Source: Zancudomyces culisetae HAW-14-8
Lineage: Eukaryota; Fungi; Kickxellomycota
Direction: 5' to 3'
DNA: 64,000 nucleotides
Assembly (NCBI GenBank): GCA_052426225.1
Contig: JBNJNM010000006.1
Coordinates: 1,302,001-1,366,000 of the forward strand
A program made the translations under genes and the position numbers. Every line of letters starts with the position of its first letter. Position 1 is the stretch's first letter. Below, in pieces: positions 46,407 through 58,792 of this stretch. The notes beneath the pieces are model-generated. The model did not search any database. It had not been told where the DNA came from and saw only the letters and a list, made by a program, of their open reading frames with translations.

Positions 46407-49046
46407 ATGAAAACCGATAATTTATATGGTATTATTTCCACGCTGCTACTGGCATCATCAGCGGTGGCTGAAGTTGGTACAGAGAATCGACTTGTACGTA
46501 ATGTCATGAGGTTGAAGCAAAAACGAATTGATCGGTTAGAGCGCAGGCAAGACAATGGTGTGGTTATTACATTACCTGGTTTCACATATGCTGGTACAAC
46601 TGTGTTCGGTATTCCAGTTAGGGGTACTACAATAAATCCAGCTACATATACAATTACAGGAGCGACAGCTATCCCAGGCTTAACCATCCCAGGAATTGTG
46701 ACAATTCCAGGATTTACTTCTGTAGCACCTCCTACGCCTGACCCAACCCCTGATCCAACTCCTGACCCACAACCAACTCCTGACCCAACCCCCGATCCAC
46801 AACCAACTCCTGATCCAACTCCTGACCCCACACCCTCATCACCAAATGCTGGGATATTTACCATACCAGGAATAACATTTGCCGGTACAACTATACTTGG
46901 AATTCCAATCCCAGGAACTACACGAAGTCCAGTTACAATAACAGGACCCACAGCAATCCCTGGTCTAACAATTCCTGGAATTATCACAATTCCTGGATTT
47001 ACTTCAATGGCACCTCCTACACCCGATCCAACTCCTGATCCACAACCAACTCCTGACCCCACACCCTCATCACCAAATGCTGGGATATTTACCATACCAG
47101 GAATAACATTTGCCGGTACAACTATACTTGGAATTCCAATCCCAGGAACTACACGAGGCCCAGTTACAATTACAGGACCCACAGCAATCCCTGGTCTAAC
47201 AATTCCTGGATTTATTACAATTCCTGGATTTACATCTAGTCGACCAAATAGTTCAGCACCCACACCCACACCCACAAATACACCTATACCTCCTAACATG
47301 ACTCTAGCACAATTCTTAGCCTTGTTGAATCGTTTGAATGTTCCAGGAGTACCAACGCTGGACAATCTCAGTGATTGGCTGGGAGTACCTATACCTGAAA
47401 ATATGTCACTGAATGAATTTTTTGCTTTACTTTCAAGCTTAGACCTTCCATCTCTTGCTCTCAAAGAAATACTGGCTATAATTGAGGGTTCTGATATTTC
47501 TGGCATTATTTCTGATATTATCAATTGGTTACAAGACTTACGGAATCACACACATACAAGAACAAGACCTTCACGTACATCCAGCAGCAGTTCCACATCA
47601 AGTACTACGTCTTCGACTACAACATTACCTCCTGTGCCACCAAAAATGACATTAGCTCAATTTTTGGCTCTGCTAAACAGACTACAAATTCCAGGAGTGC
47701 CAACACTGGATGATCTTATTGATTGGTTAGGCGTACAATTGTCCGGAGATATGTCTCTTTTTGATTTCTTTGCTTTGCTTGTAGATCTGGGACTGGATGC
47801 AATTCCATTGGATATTTTTATGAACCTATTTAGACCAGGAAATATTGATGATGTTATTAATTTTATTGTTAACTGGATTAACGAATTACGTGACCATCAC
47901 CGCACTAGAACCATACCAACGCCAACAAGAACAAGAACTCGCCCAACATGGACTCGCCCAACATGGACCCGTTCAACGGGAACCGATTCAACTGAAACTG
48001 ACCCCACAAGAACTCGCCCAACAAGAACACGACCGACATGGACTCGCCCAACATGGACTCGTCCAACGGGAACTGATCCAACTGAGATTGATCCAACTGA
48101 AACTGATCCAACTGAAACTGACCCTACAAGAACTCGCCCAACAAGAACACGACCAACATGGACCCGCCCAACATGGACTCGCTCAACTAACACCTACCCA
48201 ACAAATATCTATCCAACAAATACCAACTCTGCCTCTGTCGATAGCGTATTCTCACCCACATACGGTCCCATAACTACCGCTATTCCTTGTACCCAAACTA
48301 CTTACACCTCCATCGTTTATCCTACTAACCCCATCACTGTTACCACCACTGTTACCGGTCCAGGTTTCACTACTGAAACTGTTATTACTGTTACACCTAA
48401 CACTACTGGAACTCCAGGTTGTCAAACTGAACCTGTAACCATAACAGTAACTCCAAACACCGCAGGTTGCACCTACTGTACCGTCCCTACCACAATCACC
48501 TATACTCCCAGCCCAACTCTTGCCACCATAACTACATATCCTACTGGTCCTATCACTATAACTGTCACTCCAAACACTCCAGGTTGTACTTACTGCACTG
48601 TTCCAACCACTATCACCTACACACCCATCCCCTCCATTACTACCATCACTATCTACCCTACACAAACCATTGATTCTATTCCTACTGTAACTACTATCAC
48701 TATATACCCTACCACATCTATTACTCTCACTGTTTACCCACCACCTCCTCCTCCCACACCCACTGTATCTATTGCCACTATCTCCATTAACTCGGTATCC
48801 TGTGTATGTCCGGAAGTGACTACATATTCCAATTGCATACCCGTTACTTTCTACCTACCCGCATCTACTGTCACTGTAACTGCCCCTCCAATTACTGTCA
48901 CTGCTTCATGTACTTTTGTAACGCTAAACAGTTTGCCAACTTTCTCTACTTCGTGTACTCCTGACGTAAATCCCACCATAGCCTCAGTTTCCACTGAAAC
49001 CTGTATTACAGAACCCGTTACAAGAACCATAGTTGTCAACTACTGA
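46407..49046 (+). CDS. Secreted modular Thr/Pro-rich protein of unknown function
   Basis: 879-aa ORF with a signal peptide, a dibasic site (ERR) and several kinds of internal repeat. Confidence 0.85.
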   Translation: MKTDNLYGIISTLLLASSAVAEVGTENRLVRNVMRLKQKRIDRLERRQDNGVVITLPGFTYAGTTVFGIPVRGTTINPATYTITGATAIPGLTIPGIVTIPGFTSVAPPTPDPTPDPTPDPQPTPDPTPDPQPTPDPTPDPTPSSPNAGIFTIPGITFAGTTILGIPIPGTTRSPVTITGPTAIPGLTIPGIITIPGFTSMAPPTPDPTPDPQPTPDPTPSSPNAGIFTIPGITFAGTTILGIPIPGTTRGPVTITGPTAIPGLTIPGFITIPGFTSSRPNSSAPTPTPTNTPIPPNMTLAQFLALLNRLNVPGVPTLDNLSDWLGVPIPENMSLNEFFALLSSLDLPSLALKEILAIIEGSDISGIISDIINWLQDLRNHTHTRTRPSRTSSSSSTSSTTSSTTTLPPVPPKMTLAQFLALLNRLQIPGVPTLDDLIDWLGVQLSGDMSLFDFFALLVDLGLDAIPLDIFMNLFRPGNIDDVINFIVNWINELRDHHRTRTIPTPTRTRTRPTWTRPTWTRSTGTDSTETDPTRTRPTRTRPTWTRPTWTRPTGTDPTEIDPTETDPTETDPTRTRPTRTRPTWTRPTWTRSTNTYPTNIYPTNTNSASVDSVFSPTYGPITTAIPCTQTTYTSIVYPTNPITVTTTVTGPGFTTETVITVTPNTTGTPGCQTEPVTITVTPNTAGCTYCTVPTTITYTPSPTLATITTYPTGPITITVTPNTPGCTYCTVPTTITYTPIPSITTITIYPTQTIDSIPTVTTITIYPTTSITLTVYPPPPPPTPTVSIATISINSVSCVCPEVTTYSNCIPVTFYLPASTVTVTAPPITVTASCTFVTLNSLPTFSTSCTPDVNPTIASVSTETCITEPVTRTIVVNY

Positions 49047-51039
49047 TTGGTTAACTTGTGTATGTTTTTATTCAATCGATAAACATATTTCACGACTATC
49101 TCACTAATACTTATTTTACACTATTTTGTTTTTTCAAGAAGTAAATAAAGTCATACTATCGTAGCAAAATATTTCGCAAGATGGAGTCATTTGAGCATTT
49201 ATCTTTACCTTTATACTAGAATTTATGACTAAACTACTATCAATGTCATACTTACAAGGCACACCATGACTTCATTGTTCATACTATTGGCCTCATTAAC
49301 TTTTAGTGAAAAATATTCAACAACATGACTAGTATTATGCGCATAAAAACTGCCAGCTTTAGAACGAGTTGACACCTTGGAAAGGAAATCATGAAAAGTA
49401 GTTATTATATACGCAAGGGTGAGAGAAGCCAAATTGCTATTGCTTGGTTGAATTGGGCACAGCGAGATCCTTGGATAGAGTCTGCTGAGCCAGGATAATT
49501 AGCTTGGGTCGATTCCAAGCAGAAATGTCACTCTTGAACCAATACCCGGTGGGTATGGAATCCCTAGAAGAGCAGGATGTGATTGGATATATTAATATCA
49601 TGTATGATACACTTTGTAGTGTTTAATGTGATTTCCTTTTGTAAATATATCTTTCAAAAAAGAAAAAACAGAACTTTTTTTTTCGTGGTTTTGTGTGATA
49701 TTTACTCAATAAACCCATTGGGGCTTAGAAAAAAAATTCACTTGCAGAGGCAATTGGTCAGTCTTTCCTGAAATAACGCCCAAGTAGTCACATTGTTGTG
49801 TTGGCGGCCTATACCACACATCTTTTTTATTTTATGAGTACCAGCCACTACTGAAAAATGGCTACTTCACAAAAGATCACATTAATATCATGTATACCTC
49901 TGTATTTAATATTGTTTAAGCCTTTTCAAATCTACCTGTTATAATTATGATAATTTTTAATGTTTGATATGACAACAATACTAAAAATACATGTAGTTAT
50001 TGTACTACTCTTCCCTTACCTTTTTCCTGATATCCAAGACCTTGAAATTTTGTTAACAATTATAGTAAAGTAATCATCGAAACCAGAATTGACATAAAAA
50101 CGAAAAAATATTTATTATAGTACATGGAACTTATATCCCAAGTGAACAAGAAAGTTACCATACTGAAAAAAAAACATTTTACTGTGAACAGTGGACAGTT
50201 CACTAGGCTTAAAGTAATGGTCTAAAATTTTATTCTGGGCTATGCACTTGATTTTTATGGGCTTCAAAGCAGAATTGTGTGAAACAATTGTTATTGAATT
50301 CTGTAGTGCCTAGGTTTCGATTTTGTTAATTGTGCAACTTGGCACTTTCTGGTATTAAACTTACTTTTACACTTTCTTTGGTCATAGCAAACACATAATT
50401 AATGATAGAACCCAGTTTTTCTCAACTAAAAAGTAGAATGAAATATATTTCTATACACCATTTTCCGAGTTATCTGTTGATAATCTCGTAGGAGTTTCTT
50501 AGAAGATACATCTCTTGCTAGTATTTTTTTTTAAACATTAGGACCCATATCTTTGGATGCTTGAACTTTACGTAATTCACGCTTCAAGTATTGTTGATAC
50601 AATAATTCTCATACCTTTTGTTGGCTCTACGCAATTTTGCAGCATATGGCATCAATTGCAAGTGTATTTAACATATCAAAAAGTAATTGAGCGTATAAGC
50701 ATACTCCTATTTATATTTTTAAATCAACTGTGCTACTGATAATTTTGAACATAATGCTTTGAGAAACAAAACTTTGCAGTTATACATGTTTATTATAATG
50801 AGTAATTGGTAAATTGCAGTATGGTCATGAGAAAGGCAGGTAAAGCTGCAAATGCTACAACTTATTGGTGTTATACAATATACCAAAGTTAATATAGTAT
50901 CACAATTCGATACTTCAAAACATGTATAAATACCCGTACCTTCAGCCTCTATACAAATATAATTAAGCATTCTTGTTCACTTTACAAATTTAAATAAACA
51001 CACAGGATCAACAAACTTGAAAAAGAAAAACAGAAAAAA

Positions 51040-51627
51040 ATGGCAATACTCAAATTGACAGTTGGAAAGATGGTTTTGGCCGCATTGGTCTACACTGTTT
51101 GCGCAAATGGTATGCGTATCATGGGTGAGGAAAATGGAGTCAACAACGTTGGTGCACAACTCAAAAGACGCAACAACAACCTCTATGTACGCGGTCCACA
51201 AGTATATGGCAACAACGCATATAGTAGTGCAGAAAGTAGTAGCGCAGACAACACCAATACAGATACTGCCAGCTCAGATACTGCCAGTTCAGATCCCGCC
51301 AGTTCAGATCCCGCCAGCTCAGATACTGCCAGTTCAGATCCTGCCAGCTCAGATCCCGCCAGCTCAGATCCCGCCAGTTCAGATCCTGCCAGTTCAGATC
51401 CCGCCAGTTCAGATCCTGCCAGTTCAGATCCCGCCAGTTCAGATCCTGCCAGTTCAGATCCCGCCAGTTCAGATCCTGCCAGTTCAGATCCCGCCAGTTC
51501 AGATCCTGCCAGTTCAGATCCCGCCAGTTCAGATCCTGCCAGCTCAGATCCCGCCAACCCAGATCCTACGAACACAGATCCTACGAACACAGATCCCGCC
51601 AACCCAGATCCTACTGCCGCAACATAA
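51040..51627 (+). CDS. Secreted acidic repeat protein (DPASS pentads)
   Basis: Signal-like N-terminus, LKRR site and ~20 15-bp repeats. TATAAATA at ~50925. The leader is homologous to 15126-15923. Confidence 0.85.
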   Translation: MAILKLTVGKMVLAALVYTVCANGMRIMGEENGVNNVGAQLKRRNNNLYVRGPQVYGNNAYSSAESSSADNTNTDTASSDTASSDPASSDPASSDTASSDPASSDPASSDPASSDPASSDPASSDPASSDPASSDPASSDPASSDPASSDPASSDPASSDPASSDPASSDPANPDPTNTDPTNTDPANPDPTAAT

Positions 51628-52992
51628 GTTACTTGAAGGGCGCCAAAGAAAAAGATAGCGATTATCATATTGGGATAATGGCACCAAATCACACCAAAAA
51701 AAAGACTTTTTCTTTTTTTTAGTTGATGCTTGGATTCTATATTGATTGCTAGCAATGTTTCTTGTTTGATTTTTCGTTGTATACAAACCGCAAAAATAAA
51801 ATTCTTGATCTTGGTCTAGGTAATAAAAAGTTTGAGTAGTTCTTTTAGTTCCCCCCCCCCCAAACAACCACCTCATAAATACTGAAAAAAAGGACAAGAG
51901 AAGATAAAGGTAATTTAGTAAAGGAGTATTATTTTACTATTTCAATATCTTCCGCTTCTACTGAATATCGGTTATGGTTGATCAAATATTTAGGAAAATA
52001 CAAAAATGTAGAATGTTTATGACTTTTCAACTATACCAGCCGTCACATCTATATATTCCACCGTTAGCTAATAAAAACCAGTAAATAAAAAAAAACCGCA
52101 CAAGAGATGAAAGAGGTGTACAAATCTGCGAGATATTATATTCGTTACTAAAGTAAATGTGTTGTAGTATATCCTAAAACAATTGGAACATTCGTTAATC
52201 TTAGGTTTAAAATATACATTTATAGTGTAAAATAATAAAAGTAACAATGTTTTTTAGTTATTTTTATTTATATTTTTTGCTAATGATGGGAGTAGATGAG
52301 AAATAGATAGGGGGGAGGAAATCCCTTTTGTATACGATTTAACTAGATGTGTTCAGAAAAACAGTATAAGAAGAAAAAGAAATACTAAAGAGAATGTTAT
52401 GATTGGAGTTAATGTGTTTACGGAAACTTTTGGGATTTTACACCTGTCAATTCCAAAAACCAAAATAATAAAAAAAGTGCTGAAGTTGGCAGTTAATGGG
52501 AGGGAGGAGAGGGGAGAGAGGAGAGATGTGTTGTAAGAATAATGATACAAGAAAATTCCTGCATAGAAAGTACAAACCAATCGAGTTGATTTTAAAAGTT
52601 TGGGGGAAGGAATGAATAGGGGAGGAGAAATGGACAAGGCGCTTGAAAACCTAAAGTTTAGTGACACTGGGATATTTTATTTAAAATAAAAGTATGATTG
52701 GTGATCACAAGTTTGTAAAAAAAAAGAGAGAGAGAGCAAGTAGTAACGTATATTTCGAGTATTGGGGAGGAAGAGGAGGTGGAAAGCACACAAATACTAC
52801 ATTTTTGACCAGGAATGGTTTTTGGAAATGCAAGTAAATATAAAAAGACCTATATTTGTTGCATCAGCTCTAATCACGAGCCACGAGTGTTATCAAAAGT
52901 CAACAATAGTTTAACTGTTCGTGTGTTGATAAGAAAAAGAGAATAAAAAAAAAGGAAGATAATAGCACATCATTTGTGAAGAGAGGAGGAGG

Positions 52993-53086
52993 GATGGAAA
53001 GGGAGGGTAGATGGAAAGGGAGGGTAGATGGAAAGGGAAGAGAGATGAAAAGGGAAGAGAGATGAAAAGGGAGGGGGTGATGGAAA
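52993..53086 (+). repeat. 17-bp purine-rich minisatellite (~5 copies)
   Basis: Units GATGGAAAGGGAGGGTA and GATGAAAAGGGAAGAGA. Confidence 0.85.
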
Positions 53087-54610
53087 ATATTTTATAAAGA
53101 GTTTAGTAGAGTTTATGGTTTGAAGGTGAGTGAGAAAGACCAATAATTATAGTAATAGGATTCTACAAAGTTCGGGTGTATTGATCTAAAAAAAAAAGAA
53201 TTCCCTAATTATGACTTTTTAGTCCAATTGTAATACTAGCATGGGGAGGGAGAGAGGGGACAAGCTCATTCAAAATGATGTGCATCTTTTATAAAAGAAT
53301 CACTTGAACAAGATTAATGATACACTGAGCTTTAAAAAGTAATAAAAAGAAAAGCAATATAATTTTGTGCGTATTAAACAGGAGGAAATAAGACCAGTAT
53401 TTCGGATAGTGAGGTCATTGCAATCTAGACTGGAGGGCCTATTTTGAATTATTGGTTAAAATTGAATTATTGGCGTAATTGAGATTGCATCATTTTTTAT
53501 TTTTTTTTCTTGATGACAATGTTGATGAGAACATGATTTCAAAAAAAAAAGTTGTAAAGATTAAAAAAAAATATAAAGCTGACAAAACTAGCAAATCGTA
53601 TAAAAGAACACTAATCCTTTGATAAAGCTGTAGCAAAAAAAAAATTACAAAAAATAGCAAAGAAGGAAATAAGTAGGGGTAGAAATAAAATTAGAACCCT
53701 CGTTCTAGAACATTTGATGGAATTCATTAAACGTCCAAATACAAAAAGGTCAGGATTGTGGATAGGGGGGGGAAGGAAGAGGAGGAGGAGGAGAAATTCT
53801 AGTCATAGAAAAAATTTTCAAGTAATTAACCGGGAATATTTCCTAAAGTCCAACATTAACAATTTACTGGGCAAAAAAATGGTGAATAGGCAATGGTTGA
53901 GGATTGTGAAAACAAAAAAAAATAAAATCAAAAGCACAAACGCTATTCATGCAAGATTAGCATATAAAGGACCCAAAGTCATGCTTACATCCTAGAAAAG
54001 GGATAGTTAAAGGGGGAAAAGAGAGAAAGGAGAAAGAGATAAAGAAGGAAAGAGAGAGAGGAGCAAAGTTCTATACAAGTTTTTATCAATTTTAATTATT
54101 ACCCTTTTGTAAGATAGAGTAATGTATCAACATCTATAGCAATAGCAATTAAATCTTTGTGTTAATAACAAAATCACAGGTCTTGTGGAGAATAAAGATA
54201 TATAAAAAGGTCTTGTGGACAACGTGGTGGACTGATGTAAAAGTAGTTTATTTGGATAAATGGAAGAATACATTTATTTGGATAAAGCATGGAGAAGAGG
54301 TGATGATGGTGATTAGTGGCGGTAAAAGATATACATACAGTGTGCAACGTGTCATCAGATTAAAAGAGAAATGAATACATGATTGATGGATAAAGTATCA
54401 CAGTAAGAAAAGAAAAAAAAAGTATATAATATAAGAAATAGAAAGAGTAGAAACTCAAATATGTATATATTATAAATCTATATCAACTACAATGCCTGTA
54501 AATGGAAAAAAAAAATGAGAGATATGATCTGAGAGGGTAAATTGTGACAACATCACGGCTGAAGAGAAAGAGAAAAAGGGAGGGAGTTATGACAAAAGGT
54601 AGGAGAAGTT

Positions 54611-57600
54611 TCAGGAATCGTTCTTTGCATCATGGTCCTTTTGGTTATTGGTCTCGGTACAGTTTGGCTGCAAGGCATTGGAAGAAGAAGGATGGATAAA
54701 TGAACCATAGGGAATGTTTTCAGCGTATAAGGGAGGAAAGGAGCTTACAAGAATGTTAGAGGATGAAGGGTCGAGTAGGCTGGGAGACAGATATTGGGAG
54801 TTGGAAGCAAAATTGAAATCAGTGGGATTGTCAAGTTTGGAGCGATTGGAATCATTGTTTGAAATGGCGCCACTGAAGCTGGAATTGTTATTTGTATCAG
54901 AGTTGGCATTGGCATTGACATTGGAATTAGGGTTGGGGTTATTGTTGTTGGAGGGGTTAGAGTTGGTATTGTAGTAGTAGTAATTGTAAGAATAGTTGGG
55001 AGGAACAAAGTTAAAAGAATTATGGACAGGTATTTTGGAGCTATTCGGGACTGGGTACGAAGACAACAGTTTGTTTTCATTTTTGAAAGAGTTCCTGAGA
55101 TCATAATTGGAGGAAGGATGAGAGTTGTTATGCAGGCGAAAGGCAGAAGTAGGACCAGGACCAGGATCAGGACCAGAAGTAGAAGTAGCAGTGGGATTAG
55201 GAATAATGAGATTGTTGGGAGGATTTGTGAAAAACTTTCTGAGGTTTTGGGAGGAAGAGATTAAGGATTCAAGATGAGAGTTATTGGAAGTAGATAGAGA
55301 GGCAGAATTGAGAGGATTTGAAGAAGAGTTGTTGTTACAATCGAGAGAAGGATTATCAAGGGAGTTATAAGAGGAGGTAATGTGGAAGGAATTGGGAGTA
55401 GGGGTAGGAGTGGGATCAAAGTGGGAATCACGGTGATTGCTATTGCTATCGACAGAGAGATTGGAGTCAAGGTGAGGAGGAGATTTGATGGAGGACAGAT
55501 TATGATTGTTTAGTAAAGGGCTGCTGTAATCAATGAAGGAAATGGGATTTGTTGGATTGTTATCAAAACCGACAGTGGAGTTTTTGAGAGATAGGTTATT
55601 CGAAGTAGAGGGATGAGAAGGATTGCGGATGGTTTCAGGAGGAGAAACGGGATGAGAAGAGTTTGTATTTGTATTTGTGTTAGTATTTGTATTTGTGTTA
55701 GTATTTGTGGTTATGGTTGTGGTTGTGGTTGTGGGATGAGGAAGGTTTGGGTTTGTGGATCGACCACGACCTCTACTGCGACCACGACTACGACTGTTAC
55801 CACGACTGCGATTAATGTTATTGTTAATGTTGTCAGTATCAACAGGGCGAGTAGGATGAATGTTTAAGGATGAATGGGAATGAGAGTGGGAGTGTGAATT
55901 AGAAGTGTCATGATTTTTGATTTGATCTTGGGATAAAGAAAGGGAAAGAGCAATGGAAGAGACGGTTTCAGGAGGTTTGTTAGGATTTGCAGAGACATGT
56001 TGTTGAGGAAGGGAGGAAGGATAAGGAGATACAATACCTATGGAGGCAGAAGAGGAAATGGATTCAGAGGGTTGAGGTTTTGGCATTTGATGGATAAACT
56101 GGTTTCTTTGAGAAATGTTTTGGAAAGATGATGAACTTCGAGATTGAAGAATAGGTACTGAAGAGGACGAAGAAGAAGAAAGAGCTGGAGCAAAAGCAGG
56201 AGGGAAAGGATGATGAGAAATAAGTAAAGGTTTGGAAGTAGAAGCTGAAGCGGAGGCAGAGGAAGAAAGGTTATGTTGGTATTGATATTGGTAGTGTTGA
56301 AGTTGGTTATGATGGTGAGGGTGAGGGTGAGGGTGAGGGTGAGATGATAAAATTGATTTGATTGATTTGTTAGAATCTATTATGGAGAGGAAATCATCAT
56401 GACTAAACCCAAAAGAATCTAAAGATGTTTCCGAAAATAACAGCCAAGGATGAAAATCATAAGACGACAAAGCACACATTCGGTTGAAGACAAGAGTGTG
56501 GTTTGATAAGGAATTGGAGCTGACTTGAACAGTGCGTTTCCTGTCGAGTTCCTGAAGAATCTGCAGATACAAAGTAGAAGAAGAAATATAACGAGACTGA
56601 GCATCCAAAATGTTTGTGGTTACTTGGAAACCCTTTTTGATTTCGTTTATGGCAGGATGATCGTCGATGGTTTTACAGTTGAGTAGAATAGTGCCGACGG
56701 TAAAAGCACAGTAAGAAAGCTGGCAGTCCCAGTATTTCAGGGGAATGTTTTCCATTGCCCACAGCAACAGGCTGCACGATCGCATCGAAGCTTCGATACA
56801 TACTTTTTTTGCCGAAACAACACGGTCGGCTAGTGTAGAGAGATTGAGGTGTTGGTAAGTATATAAGTTTCCTAGATATGCTCGGTTGATTTCATATCTG
56901 AATAGAACGATCTTTGCGGCCTCGTAAAGCACCGACACACCAAATTGGATCAGTGCTGACGTCTTCATTGCAGTCATTAGCAGGCTGGATGACCGTCCAT
57001 CGCTCTTGGGTATATCTACAAAATGGTTAGGCGATATCAACGTACATTTATCTATTACCTGATTCCTAACTTTTTCTAACTCGCCTGTAATTATCATGAA
57101 TTCTTCGTTTGGATTTTCATTTTGACTATTCCTTGAATTTCCGACCTCTCCTCTGGTATTGACGTTGTTGACATTGTTGTTGTTGTTGTTGATGTTGTAC
57201 TTTGGCTGGTTATTCGAATTGACATTTGCATTTGCATTTGCATGGATATTTGTATGGATATTAATATTGGGATTCTCAAGTGTATTAATGCTGCTATTTT
57301 CTTCTATATTATACTCAAAATCCTTGGACCTCCTGTTTACATATCTACCAACTTTGGCCATCAACATGTAAATCGTACATACCATCCAAACCGTATCTGG
57401 TGGTTTAAGTGAAGGTTGTTCATTTTTCACCTTTGTTTGCTGGTTTGGACTCTGAGTATTTGTGCTCTCATTGTTTTGCCCTTGATTTTGGTTCTGACTT
57501 TCTCTGTCATCTGTGCTCATACTTGTATTCGTGTCTCCAAACACCCAATCATAATCCCCAGTTGGCATATTTACCGAAAATGTATTTTGTGGAATTGACG

Positions 57601-58792
57601 AAGGAAGTGCGCCGTTAAAAACCATAAACTGATCAAGCACATAACATACCCACCACAACCTTCTTTTCTGCTCGTTATCTACATCGGTATATTTTTGTGT
57701 TTCGTCGTTTTCGTTTCTGTCCCTTTGTTTCTTTCCCTGTCCGAGTGCTCTGGGCGAATGTTCGTTACTCTTACCGTTGTTACTGCTATTGCTATTGCTA
57801 TTGCTATTGCTATCTACATGTCTTAACCCCAACTTTTCTACCCCTTTCATCGCCTTGTTCAAAAACACTATTACTTTATCGTAGCTCCTTGTGCTTCGCC
57901 AATAATATACTGCAACAAACACCGATGCCTGGATATAATAAAAATCATAGTCATACAACACCTGTTCAATCTTTTTTGATGCATGTGTTGCAAATACCGA
58001 GCTTTCAAAATTCGAGTTTTTGAACTGTGGCTTATCCATAAATTCCAGCCCCAACCCCATTGCTGCATACACAAAATATTCGGGTAACTCTTTTTCTTTA
58101 AATTTACTTACCAATTCCCGTATCCTCAGCGCGCTGCCAAGTAGTGGCATGGCTTGTGCGATCTTTTCAAACACATTTTCCACAAATTCGGCACTCAAAA
58201 CTCCCGTACTTCCAACATCTACGTTTTTCGTGTTGGTGATACTTCCGCAATAGTTTTCTTCTTCGGTTTCAAACTCTTCATCTTCACCTTCTTCTTCACC
58301 TCGTCCTCCTTCACCTCGTCCTCCTCCACTGCCACCCGCGCCTCCAATTCCTATCCCAATTGCTCCTCCTTTGGTCTTTATTCGTTTTTTCGTTCTCTCT
58401 CCAATATTTTCCTCCGGAACCACCGGTCCTCTAGCTTTCAACACCAGTGATATTTCCATCAACCCCTTCTCTATCGCTATCAACCGTCTATCTATCTTTT
58501 GTGTTGCGCTGCTCCGGACCTTCTTCTTTTTTATCAGCGGGCTGTATGTACATTCTATCCCCAGCTTCTCGCAGTTTGTACATGTTGGTTTCCTCCCGCT
58601 ACATTTTATCTTCTTCTTTCTACACATATCACACGACCTTAGAAGCTTCATTTTTATTTCTACTTCTGCATCACTTGCTTCACTATTATCTTTTATCTCA
58701 TCCTCTCCTCTTTTTCTTCTCTTTTCTCCTACCCCTACCCCTACCCTTTTCCCTCTCTTTTCTGAGGTTTCATTTTGGTTGTTACTTTGCAT
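54611..58792 (-). CDS. Zn(II)2Cys6 fungal transcription factor
   Basis: CDMCRKKKIKC-x6-CTNC-x6-C, a middle homology region (EQKRRLWWVCYVLD), and a long S/N/P/H low-complexity tail. Confidence 0.93.
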   Translation of the reverse strand: MQSNNQNETSEKRGKRVGVGVGEKRRKRGEDEIKDNSEASDAEVEIKMKLLRSCDMCRKKKIKCSGRKPTCTNCEKLGIECTYSPLIKKKKVRSSATQKIDRRLIAIEKGLMEISLVLKARGPVVPEENIGERTKKRIKTKGGAIGIGIGGAGGSGGGRGEGGRGEEEGEDEEFETEEENYCGSITNTKNVDVGSTGVLSAEFVENVFEKIAQAMPLLGSALRIRELVSKFKEKELPEYFVYAAMGLGLEFMDKPQFKNSNFESSVFATHASKKIEQVLYDYDFYYIQASVFVAVYYWRSTRSYDKVIVFLNKAMKGVEKLGLRHVDSNSNSNSNSSNNGKSNEHSPRALGQGKKQRDRNENDETQKYTDVDNEQKRRLWWVCYVLDQFMVFNGALPSSIPQNTFSVNMPTGDYDWVFGDTNTSMSTDDRESQNQNQGQNNESTNTQSPNQQTKVKNEQPSLKPPDTVWMVCTIYMLMAKVGRYVNRRSKDFEYNIEENSSINTLENPNINIHTNIHANANANVNSNNQPKYNINNNNNNVNNVNTRGEVGNSRNSQNENPNEEFMIITGELEKVRNQVIDKCTLISPNHFVDIPKSDGRSSSLLMTAMKTSALIQFGVSVLYEAAKIVLFRYEINRAYLGNLYTYQHLNLSTLADRVVSAKKVCIEASMRSCSLLLWAMENIPLKYWDCQLSYCAFTVGTILLNCKTIDDHPAINEIKKGFQVTTNILDAQSRYISSSTLYLQILQELDRKRTVQVSSNSLSNHTLVFNRMCALSSYDFHPWLLFSETSLDSFGFSHDDFLSIIDSNKSIKSILSSHPHPHPHPHHHNQLQHYQYQYQHNLSSSASASASTSKPLLISHHPFPPAFAPALSSSSSSSVPILQSRSSSSFQNISQRNQFIHQMPKPQPSESISSSASIGIVSPYPSSLPQQHVSANPNKPPETVSSIALSLSLSQDQIKNHDTSNSHSHSHSHSSLNIHPTRPVDTDNINNNINRSRGNSRSRGRSRGRGRSTNPNLPHPTTTTTTITTNTNTNTNTNTNTNTNSSHPVSPPETIRNPSHPSTSNNLSLKNSTVGFDNNPTNPISFIDYSSPLLNNHNLSSIKSPPHLDSNLSVDSNSNHRDSHFDPTPTPTPNSFHITSSYNSLDNPSLDCNNNSSSNPLNSASLSTSNNSHLESLISSSQNLRKFFTNPPNNLIIPNPTATSTSGPDPGPGPTSAFRLHNNSHPSSNYDLRNSFKNENKLLSSYPVPNSSKIPVHNSFNFVPPNYSYNYYYYNTNSNPSNNNNPNPNSNVNANANSDTNNNSSFSGAISNNDSNRSKLDNPTDFNFASNSQYLSPSLLDPSSSNILVSSFPPLYAENIPYGSFIHPSSSNALQPNCTETNNQKDHDAKNDS

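Noticed and set aside
46343-47524. 393-aa antisense ORF, and similar antisense or alternative-frame ORFs over 51062-51755, gag-pol, PIM1, HEM1 and ERG10
   Set aside because: Shadows of repetitive or codon-biased sense genes, with no independent motifs.
49248-49260. ATACTTACAAGGC as a U1 snRNA 5' end
   Set aside because: Mismatches the invariant ACTTACCTG, and no U1 stem-loops or Sm site follow.
51259-51615. 15-bp repeat array as CRISPR-like
   Set aside because: Head-to-tail repeats without unique spacers, inside a coding ORF in a eukaryotic genome.
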